DNA of 64,000 nucleotides from assembly GCF_006345805.1 (NCBI RefSeq), contig NC_043002.1, positions 111,228,001 through 111,292,000 of the forward strand, in the 5' to 3' direction. Below are positions 54,248 through 64,000 of this stretch, one piece after another; positions within the stretch are counted from its first letter, which is position 1, and every line of letters begins with the position of its first letter. A program made the position numbers and the translations under genes. This DNA comes from Octopus sinensis (taxonomy: Eukaryota). Under the pieces are notes generated by a model. That model searched no databases and was not told the origin of the DNA. It saw only the letters and a list, made by a program, of their open reading frames with translations.

Positions 54248-54520
54248 CGATTACATCGACCCCAGTGCGTAACTGGTACTTAATTTATCGACCCCGAAAG
54301 GATGAAAGGCAAAGTTGACCATGGCGGAATTTGAACTCAGAACGCGTCTGTCGTTGCGTTCTGAGTTCAAATTCCGCCGAGGTCGACTTTGCCTTTCATC
54401 CTTTCGGGGTCGATAAATTAAGTACCAGTTACGCACTGGGGTCGATGTAATCGACTTAATCCGTTTGTCTGTCCTTGTTTGTCCCCTCTATGTTTAGCCC
54501 CTTGTGGGCAATAAAGAAAC
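54244..54520. mobile_element. Fold-back family C SINE (inverted arms 54244-54345 and 54356-54457)
   Basis: 102-nt arms, 99/102 identical to each other's reverse complement, 10-nt loop. Confidence 0.92.
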
Positions 54521-54725
54521 AGATATAAACACATGAATGTGTGTGGAGAGAGAAGTCAAAGGAATGAATGAATGTGTGTATAAGTCAGTACATTCATCAG
54601 ATACATAATCTATTAACTGATAGTGAAGTACTTAGCAACTGTTTTAGTTTTCTTTCTCATTATTCTCCTTTCATTCCTAATTTAATTTTCTCTCTTTTTC
54701 TTATGTATGTGTGTGTTAGTATTTA

Positions 54726-54763
<38 letters not shown>

Positions 54764-55108
54764 CATACATGTGTGTGTGTGTGCGGCACTGCATCTTGGG
54801 CAAGAATTCTGCAGTATGGCCTGAATTTGAGCAATGCTCTGTGAATGGAATTTGGTACTAAAAAACTGTGCTGAAGCCTGCCAAATTTGTGTATTTGTTT
54901 ATGTTTACACTGATCTAAAAAAGCTGTTGTTTATTTTGTATTCCATTATGTAAACCAGTGCTTTAATAGATATAAATCAATAAAATAAGCACCAGATTGA
55001 AAATATATATTTCTGAAGGCTATTGACTTGAAGCCTCGATGACTGCCCTCCAGTGAAACCAGGAAAAGTATGAAAGAATATGAATGTATGTGTGTAATAT
55101 GGATCATG

Positions 55109-55641
55109 GTACTCCATCAGTTATGACAAGGGTTCCAGTTGATCCGAATCAACGGAACAGCTTGCTCATGAAATTAACGTGCAAGTGGCTGAGTACTCCA
55201 CAGGCATGTGTACCTATTTCTTTATTACCCACAAGGGGCTAAACATAGATGGGACAAACAAGGACAGACATAAGTATTAAGTCGATTCCATCGACCCCAG
55301 TGCGTAACTGGTACTTAATTTATCGACCCCGAAAGGATGAAAGGCAAAGTCGACCTCGGCGGAATTTGAACTCACAGCGTAACGACATACGAAATACGGT
55401 TGTTACGCTGTGAGGCACGTGTACCCTTATCGTAGTTCTCAGGGAGATTCAGCGTGACACAGAGTGTGACAATGCTAGCCCTTTGAAATACAAGTACATC
55501 AGAAACAAGAAGAAAGAGTGAGAGAAAGTTGTGGTGAAAGAGTACAGCAGGGTTTGCCACTACACCCTGCCGGAACCTCATATAGAGCTTTAGGTGTTTT
55601 CACTCAATAAACACTCACAAAGCTTGGTCTGGGAATCGAAA
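55109..55641 (-). mobile_element. SINE family A interrupted by a family C SINE (55215-55414)
   Basis: TSD gcaYgtgtacc at 55204-55214 and 55415-55425. Confidence 0.85.
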
Positions 55642-55997
55642 CAAAGGAATATGTATACATTTTTTATGTCTCTCTATCTACATACATATGCACACTACAC
55701 ACACACAAACACTATATCATTATCATCCTCAAATTTCTGTTTCTATCCTGGCTTGGGTTAGACAGTTTAGTATGATTCAGGAAGCTACAAGGCTGCATCA
55801 GCTTCCAGTGTTAGCTTTTGCATGGTTTCTACAGCTAGATGTCCTTCCTAATGTTAACCACTTTACAGAGTGTACTGGGTGCTTTTCTTGTGCCACTAAC
55901 GCTAGTAAGGTTGCCCAACAACTTGCAAGGCAGAAAAGATCATATATATATATATATATAGTTGAGGCTATGTGGTCTGATTGCTAAGTATCTGGAC

Positions 55998-56480
55998 TGT
56001 TACCATAGTAATGAAGCTAAAGCACGCAGAGTGAAGCCACTTGACACAAATTGACCTTGAACTCTACTGTACGTACACACTAACTTTTAATGTTCTAGCT
56101 TACTTCCACTGTTTACAGCAGTGCTTGGAAGGAAGGTGTGTAGCATGTAATCATTGCGTTGACCATGACGGACAAAGTTGAGTAGAGAATCTGTGTCAAA
56201 TTTTGCCAGTAGCTTGGCAATACCAACCCAGAGGCCTACGCAAAGTTTTCATCATTCTTAACACAATCAAGGAGATCTTGTGCTAGTGAAACCCAAGTGT
56301 CCTTTTGGTCAGCTGAAAGCAGTTTTGGTACAAACTTGGCAGATATGCATCTCGTACCTAAATCTTCAGTGATAATGGACTGAACTGAACCATAACTAAT
56401 CTGCACATCCTCTTGTCTGCTCGTCCTTTCAACTACTGCTTTCGTCTGTCCAGTTTTGCTGATTACAACCACATTCCTTT
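55998..56480. mobile_element. Mariner-type remnant with internal inversion
   Basis: + strand MTDKVE*RICVKFCQ*LGNT (from 56165) joined to - strand ...ISYGSVQSIITEDLG...SAKFVPKLLSADQK...NDEN. Confidence 0.75.
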
Positions 56481-56499
56481 TCAGGGCTAATTCAAGTCT

Positions 56500-56684
56500 G
56501 ATCTGAATGCGATAACCGTCCTTTTTAGGACTACTCTCAGACCCGATCTAATTACGATAACAGTCCTTTTTAGGACTATTCTTGGATCGGATCTAATTGC
56601 AATAACCGTCCTTTTTAGGACTATTCTTGGGTCGGATCTAATTGCAATAACCGTCCTTTTAAGGGCCACCCTCAGATCAGATCA
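56500..56684. repeat. 45-bp minisatellite, 4 copies, each with a small hairpin
   Basis: Units gatctaattgcaataaccgtcctttttaggactattcttggatcg at 56500, 56545, 56590 and 56635. Confidence 0.92.
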
Positions 56685-56965
56685 GACCAGAAGTAGTGGC
56701 CCAGAATCATACCCGCTACAATTGGTCAGTGTGCTATGACAACTACTTATTGATCAGACCTCGTATAGTAGAAGACTCTTGCCCAAGGTGTCATACAGTG
56801 GGACTGAACTGGGAACCATGTGGTTGGGAGGCAAGCTTTTTACCATACAGCTACACCTGCACTTAAATATATTTGTGAAGTGTTTGTCAAAATATTATGA
56901 GAAACTGAATTTTGTTTTCATTGATGCTTCAGGACATCTTTTTAAGAAAAAAGTGCAGTATATAT

Positions 56966-57367
56966 AGGCGCAGGAGTGGCTGTGTGGTAAGTAGCCTGCT
57001 TACCAAGCACATGGTTCCGGGTTCAGTCCCACTGCATGGCACCTTGGGCAAGTGTCTTCTTCTATAGCTTCGGGCCGACCAAAGCCTTGTGAGTGGATTT
57101 GGTAGATGGAAACTGAAAGAAGCCCGTCGTATATATGTATATATATGTGTGTGTGTGCGTGTATGTTTGTGTTTGTCCCCCTAGTATTGCTTGACAACCG
57201 ATGCTGGTGTGTTTACATCCCCGTCACTTAGCGGTTCGGCAAAAAGAGACCGATAGAATAAGTACTGGGCTTACAAAGAATAAGTCCCGGGGTCGAGTTG
57301 TTCGACTAAAGGTGGTGCTCCAGCATGGCCGCAGTCAAATGACTGAAACAAGTAAAAGAGTAAAGAG
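56966..57367 (+). mobile_element. SINE family B
   Basis: Full-length match. Confidence 0.88.
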
Positions 57368-57547
57368 TATGATACACACACACACACATAAACATATATT
57401 TATATAATACATCATATTTTTTCCACCATCTGTTTCATTTCTCCGCTTGTTACTTTCTTTTGCCATCTCCTTCATAGGGTTCCCTTTCCTGAGATCAGCC
57501 AACAAAACTTTTCTCATGTCTTCTCTGAGCTTCCTCATCGTGTCAAT

Positions 57548-57722
57548 GTGTATGTATGTGTGTGCATATATATATGCCTTTCTCGTGTGTGTGTATGTGT
57601 GTGCATATATATATGCCTTTCTCGTGTGTGTGTATGTGTGTGCATATATATATGCCTTTCTCGTGTGTGTGTATGTGTGTGCATATATATATGCCTTTCT
57701 CGTGTGTGTGTATGTGTGTGCG
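57548..57722. repeat. 39-bp higher-order microsatellite repeat, about 4.5 copies
   Basis: gcctttctc recurs at 57576, 57615, 57654 and 57693. Confidence 0.92.
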
Positions 57723-58118
57723 CGTGTACACATGCACATGTTAGTGAGGTGATAATTTTCTGGCATCATCAAGTGCAGAATAACTCATTTCATGGGTTCT
57801 TTTGCCTAGGGGTGGAAAACTCTTATAAAGAAAGCTTCAAAATATGTGTATTTTGTGCTGTGTATAGATGTATCCAAATTTGTGCCTCGGTGCACAGTAA
57901 AACTACTTGTGGTAAGGAAAACACTAAAACAAACCTGTTTAGCTGTGTGGTAGAAGTATTTTTTTGTCCCTTTGCTTAACATTGGATGTTCGATGAATAT
58001 GGATACTTAGTTAAATGTATGTGATTATAACCCATTACACTGACCAAATTCCATCCTCTTTCTTTTCTTCTTTTTCTTTGGCAATTGATATGTTTTGGCC
58101 CTGAGGAAGATATTATGA

Positions 58119-58340
58119 GGGCAAGCTGGCAGAAACGTTAGCACATCGGGCGAAATGCATATCTGTATTTCATTTGCCGCTACGTTTTGAGTTCAAATTC
58201 CGCCGAGGTCAACTTTGCCTTTCATCCTTTCGGGGTCGATTAAATAAGTACCAGTTACGCACTGGGGTCGATATCCGTTTGTCTGTCCTCGTTTGTCCCC
58301 TCTATGTGTAGCCCCTTGTGGGTAATAAAAAAAAAAATAG
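58119..58340 (+). mobile_element. SINE family C
   Basis: Full-length match. Confidence 0.88.
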
Positions 58341-59144
58341 GTTCTTTATATTTTCAGTTGATAAATTGGTTGATTGATCAAATGAACCCAAATGCATATC
58401 TGAAATAGCTGTAAGCTTAAATAAATAGATGTATATAAACCTATTACTTTGTATCTATTTTTATGTATCACTCTGTAGAAACATACCATCTTAACTGGGT
58501 AATGCAACCATGGATTTACAACTTTGACTTCAGATTGCCTGGAGTAGAATACCAATCACAAGACTTGGTTGTTTGCCTGGCATATTGTTATCTGTAGAAA
58601 GCTTAAGAAGTAGTTCACCTGGATTAATATCCCTTATAAGGCTTTTGAATATTGTTAATCACTAGATGGATTTCGGGAATTTGCTTCTGTCTCCGAGCCA
58701 TACTGCAATAATGAAACAATGCCTGGACCATACGACTTAACAAGAAAAGTCTTGACTTTTGAGTTGACAGTGTCTTGGGAAGGACCTAAAATATGAAGGA
58801 CTTCCAGATTCATGTCAAGTGCATAGATGATAGTGTGTGGGCCTTCCATTGGGGGTGTGATTTATGTTTGACACTAAATGTGTGTGTGTTTTTAGCCTCT
58901 TTGCTTCTTCATAACATAAGCAGTAGAGGTACCAATGCCATTGTATCACAGCTTAAATATTGGCAAACTACCGCCTACTTTTTCCAACAGTTGTACTTTA
59001 TTTGGAGTTGATATAGGTTGGTGTTTATGTTTGACAGTAATGCTTATCTTACCTTGGAGTGGGATAACTAAGGATTACTAAATAAGCAGAGGATCTCGCC
59101 AAATTTTGGTATTGCCACTAACAAATGCAGTGTAAATAATATAT

Positions 59145-59373
59145 ATTTCTTTACTACCCACAAGGGGCTAAACATAGAGGGGACAAACAAGGACAGTCAA
59201 AGGGATTAAGTCGATTACATCGACCCAGTGCGAAACTGGTACTTTATTTATCGAACCCGAGTGGATGAAAGGCAAAGTTGACCGCGGCGGAATTTGAACT
59301 CAGAACGCAAAAACAGATGAAATACTGCTAAGCATTTCGCCCGGCGTGCTAATGTTTCTGCCAGCTCGCCGCC
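59145..59373 (-). mobile_element. SINE family C
   Basis: Full-length reverse complement. Confidence 0.88.
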
Positions 59374-59592
59374 CTTATGTAAATAATATATGTTAATATA
59401 TGTTAATAAATGGTACACCCAATGCCAAATCAGTTACTGGAAAATTGGTGTATCAGAGTATGCATTATTTGGTATTGTTTATCAGTTTGTTGGAAAACAG
59501 TAAAAATTCTATACATTATTAAGGGTGAAACCACAGATCCCAGTTAAATTAATATCATCAGAGTGTGTGTATATGTATATATATATATATAT

Positions 59593-60328
59593 GACGAAGT
59601 GGTGAAGCACGACCTTCGGACGTTAGGTCTCACCATGGAAATGACTAGAGACCGAGACCTATGGAAGTATGCTGTGCGTGAGAAGACCCGGCAAGACTAG
59701 TGAAGCCATAATCCGTGGCCCCTACCTGGGACGTAGTCAGTCCACCTGTGCATACCTTCCTTCTTGTGACACTTGTGAAGACCTGTTGAGGCAAGTGAGA
59801 ATCGAATCGAATCAAATCAAATCAAATCAAATCAAACCAAATCAAAATAGATGAACATCAATGGAATTTGTATCCTTGTGGTACCAGTGCCGGTGGCACA
59901 TAAGAAAACCATCCAAACGTGATCGTAGCCAGTACCGCAACGACTGGCCTCCGTGCTGAGGGCACATAACAAACACCATCCGAGCGTAGCCGTCCGCCAG
60001 CCCCGTCTGGCACCTGTGTCGGTGACACATAAGAAAACACCATCCGAGCGTGCCCGTCAGCCAGCCTCGTCTGGCACCTGTGTCGGTGGCACATAAAAAA
60101 CACCATCCGAGCATGGCCGTCTGCCAGCCTCGTCTGGCACCTGTGTCGTGGCACATAAAATCACCCACTACACTCTCGGAGTGGTTGGCGTTAGGAAGGG
60201 CATCCAGCTGTAGAAACACTGCCAGATCTGACTGGCCTGGTGCAGCCTTCGGGCTTGCCAGACCCCAGTTGAACCGTCCAACCCATGCTAGCATGGAAAG
60301 CGGACGTTAAACGATGATGATGATGATG

Positions 60329-60330
<2 letters not shown>
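59593..60330 (+). mobile_element. RTE-type LINE 3' end: ORF2 C-terminus plus 3'UTR with ~62-bp repeats and (GAT)n tail
   Basis: DEVVKHDLRTLGLTMEMTRDRDLWKYAVREKTRQD* (59593-59700) resembles the RTE ORF2 end; flanked by (TA)n on both sides. Confidence 0.82.
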
Positions 60331-60362
<32 letters not shown>

Positions 60363-60925
60363 GTATGTATATACACACACACACAGATATGTGTGTGTGT
60401 GTATGTATAAAATATACACACACACACACCTGTTTTCCACAAAGCAGGCAAGAAAGTAAGTGAAGGCCATAAAACAAAACAGCCAACAAGGCTTTTGAAT
60501 ATTCTTAAACACTAGATGGATTTCAGGAATTTGCTTCTGTCTCCAAGCCATACTGCAATAATGAAACAATGCCTGGACCATACGACTTCAACAAGAAAAG
60601 TCTTGACTTTTGAGTTGACAGTGTCTTGGGAAGGACCTAAAATATGAAGGACTTCCAGATTCATGTCAAGTGCATAGATGATAGTGTGTGGGCCTTCCAT
60701 TGGGGGTGTGATTTATGTTTGACACTGAATCTGTAATAGAATTGAATTTACTAAGCCCAATGCTATCCAGCGGAGCATCCATGAATTGCAGTGCAAAATA
60801 GAATATACTTTATTATGGAATATGGCAGGTATATGAGAGACTAAAATAATAAAACAAAGTAGTTATAGCATGATTGCTGTGGTTACTGCTACATCTTTTA
60901 TCAGTGGGTGAGACAAAGGTGTGCT

Positions 60926-61142
60926 ACATCATCATCATCATTTAGCGTCCGCTTTCCATGCTAGCATGGGTTGGACGGTTCAACTGGGGTCTGTGAAGCC
61001 AGGAGGCTGCACCAGGCCCAGTCTGATCTGGCAGTGTTTCTACGGCTGGATGCCCTTCCTAACGCCAACCACTCTGTGAGTGTAGTGGGTGCTTTTTACG
61101 TGCCACCGGCACGGGGGCCAGGCGGGGCTGGCAACGGCCAGC
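60926..61142 (-). mobile_element. Short RTE 3'UTR fragment
   Basis: (cat)n ttagcgtccgctttccatgctagcatggg... is the reverse complement of the tail above. Confidence 0.8.
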
Positions 61143-61457
61143 ATGGATAAAAAAAAGTAGACATTCATAAATGCTACTCAGTGCTGTTGGAAAGAGCCAA
61201 AATTGTAGTCAGTTGTTTATGAATGGAAACTGTATGTAAAACAATATGGATGGATAGATCTCCACAAAGCAAACAATTATATGTATGTGTGTATGATGTG
61301 CTTACATGTCCCTTGAGATATTTGTTTAAGTCTTTATCGATTTTTCAATATAAGTAAGACACTAACCCAAGAAATCTGATGATAGTCTGATTGGCAAAAA
61401 AGTGAATGTTCAATTTTGTTTGAATTTATGAGATGAAGAATTATCATTATACACTAG

Positions 61458-61840
61458 TAGGCGCAGGAGTGGCTGTGTGGTAAGTAGCTTGCTTACCAAC
61501 CACATGGTTCCGGTTTCAGTCCCACTGCATGGCATCTTGGGCAAGTGTCTTCTGCTATAGCCCCGGGCCGACCAATGCCTTGTGAGTGGATTTGGTAGAC
61601 GGAAACTGAAAGAAGCCCGTCGTATATATATATATATGTTTGTGTGTCTGTGTTTGTCCCCCTAGCATTGCTTGACAACCGATGCTGGTGTGTTTACGTC
61701 CCCGTCACAGCGGTTTGGCAAAAGAGACCGATAGAATAAGTACTGGGCTTACAAAGAATAAGTCCCGGGGTCGATTTGCTCGACTAAAGGCGGTGCTCCA
61801 GCATGGCCGCAGTCAGATGACTGAAACAAGTAAAAGAGAG
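61458..61840 (+). mobile_element. SINE family B
   Basis: Full-length match. Confidence 0.88.
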
Positions 61841-63018
61841 TAGTATATTCAAACTAGTATCCTCATCTTAGTTTTGGCCATTCTATCTTCCAGCACTTCT
61901 TCAAGTGTCTGCTGTATTCTGTAATATTTTTGAAATTTAGAATCAGACACTTTATTAAATCCATGTCCCTTGAGATATTTGTTTAGTCTCAAATTACACA
62001 CTCCCTTGACACTAACTATAAGAAATGCAGTGAACTGGTGATTGGCTCATTGAAAACCTGATTCCATATATATACCTTGGAAAGGTATACACTCACTACA
62101 CACATAATCACACATTTCACAGACCTGAGAATTTCAAATGCTCATAATCTTTCCTACATTTTTTTTTTTTATTTCACATATACACAATTCCTCCCTTTTG
62201 TTTGCCTTCTCTCTTTGTCTCTTTCTTTCATCTCTATCTTTTCAGCTTTTCTTCGCATATCCCTTTTTCTGTCATCCTACTTGTTTATCCTTCTCTGCCC
62301 CCACCCCACTGTCTTTCCTTCTTCTCTTTTATTCTTATGCTTACTCTCTCTCTTCTCTCATATCTCTCTCTACCTTTCTTACCACCCTCTAATTCCTAAT
62401 CTATGACCTTAATCTGTGTATGTGTGCGTGTGTTACTTTTTACTTTGTTCTGCTTCTCTTTCTCTTGTCTCTCACTTTCACTTTCACTATCCCTCCCCCC
62501 TTGTTCTCTTTCCTTATTATTTCCACTCTAGTTTAATCTCACTATCTCCTACTCTACTTCCTATCATTTTCCTCCTTCACTTGTATCTCACACATACACA
62601 CACACACACGCACACACACACTCCCTACATCCACACAAATTCATTTATCTTCTGATCCAGAACACTAGTTGCAATAAATAAGCTACAGGGGGGAAATCTG
62701 GTTGTTTCTGCAGTGACCATCCAAACTGATGAAAGAACTTCATTGTTACAGTGTGGACACGTGAGAAGGTGTTTAGTTGCATGCTGTCTCCTCCTTTTAT
62801 AACTGACCAAAGGAACCTCTAGTTTCTCTAGCCACCTGCCCTGGCCTCTTCCTGCCGTTTAGCAAGCTCAACTTGTTGGTTCTCCTCTTACAACTTCTAG
62901 TGGATGTGTGTTGTGAATGTCCATTAACAATATTAACATGTGATGTAAGTAGTTCCACGTCCTCTCTAACACCAAACTGCATTGGTTTATTGTCTTCTTC
63001 CTGTTTTGTTAACTTCAG

Positions 63019-63165
63019 CCATTGAATAGGAGACAGTATGAACCTGTGGCAAAGGTGATCACTCGCAATATTACCAACACCCGAAACATGCCCAATAGTA
63101 GCCGTGTCCAGGCTCCACTTGCTGTCCCTGAACCGATAGAAATAGCCGATTATGGTACAGTCAAG
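63019..63165 (+). CDS. ARHGAP35: p190 RhoGAP linker exon (PLNRRQYEPVAK...EIADYGTVK)
   Basis: ttaacttcag|CCA...AAG|gtaagg, 147 nt, phase 0-0, compatible with the 30656 donor and implying a ~32.4-kb intron. Confidence 0.78.
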
Positions 63166-63916
63166 GTAAGGTGGCAAAAACAAAAGAACGTGTACTTACA
63201 CACACACATACACACACACACACACACCACACACACACACACAATCCAAAAATGACTGAGGTGTATTTAAAATTGACTTCAATAAATAGATTGACACTCG
63301 GAAGAATCTCTGAAATTGTCACCTGGAATTGAGGAGAAAAGAAGGAGGGGCGAGAAAGATTTTTGTGCCAGGACAGCACACAGTAGGATTGTAACAGACC
63401 CATGTTCTATATAACTCCTCTTTCCACCAAATCCTTGCTACCATATATATTGTAGCAAATCTCACATTTTTGTTTCTTTCTTCTGTACCATTGGTAGATC
63501 TAAACATTTTTCTTACTTTTTTGTGGAACAGTGGAATAAATATTTATTAAGTTGTTGGATTTTTTTTATATACAATCTGTGAGTGTGTGTGCGTGTTTTA
63601 AATTTTAACATAGCTTTTTTACTCATTTGTGTAGAAGTGGAATGAATATTTATTCTGAATCTCTGTCAAAAATATGTGTGTGTTTTAGCTGTTAACACAG
63701 CTTTCTTCAAATTGAGAACCTCTGCCATGGTGTATATGTATGTATGTATATATATGTATATATATATATATGTGTATATATATATATATGTTTAAAACAT
63801 CTTCCATTCCAAAATCTGAAATGATTGGTTTGTTTGCTGAATTGTACAAAATTAATTGGAACATTATATAATTTTGCATTTGATAGCATATATAAGTAGA
63901 AATATGTATGTGTGTG

Positions 63917-63955
<39 letters not shown>

Positions 63956-64000
63956 TCACATGTATCCCATGGAATTAAGTAGCACACAAAAATTGTTTAT

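Noticed and set aside
56500-56684. CRISPR-like hairpin repeats
   Set aside because: No unique spacers (a pure tandem array), eukaryotic context, no cas genes.
62797-63183. 128-aa antisense ORF overlapping exon 63019
   Set aside because: No recognisable domain or splice support; partly the antisense shadow of a coding exon.

Overview
Eukaryotic, AT-rich, microsatellite- and retroposon-rich DNA. The SINE/LINE/MITE content suggests an octopus or other cephalopod (inference). The window lies inside one + strand gene, a p190-type RhoGAP (ARHGAP35/ARHGAP5/RhoGAPp190 family). I can assemble nine phase-compatible core exons (3205-3406, 5804-5968, 8228-8485, 10209-10387, 13696-13888, 16789-17003, 23237-23416, 30538-30656, 63019-63165) covering the pseudo-GTPase pG1/pG2 region and the linker, plus candidate 24-nt and 42-nt microexons. 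The N-terminal GTPase/FF region and the GAP domain lie outside the window. Introns carry three tRNA-derived SINE families (my labels A, B, C), RTE- and CR1-type LINE fragments, TTAA-flanked piggyBac-like MITEs, a non-autonomous Helitron and mariner remnants. The most notable unexplained structures are: (1) a 102-bp near-perfect fold-back SINE hairpin, with a second smaller fold-back in the same family; (2) a TTAA-bounded unit-MITE-unit duplication and other short-range duplications; (3) three MITE families all 219-222 bp long; (4) nine same-strand SINE B copies in the 32-kb intron, eight carrying a consensus 5' splice site; (5) a phase-1 cassette/microexon module with a downstream TGCATG cluster, flanked by inverted SINEs. 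I found no evidence for a prokaryotic-type system, CRISPR array or true RNA gene. Most listed ORFs are microsatellite or repeat artefacts. All alignments were done by eye.
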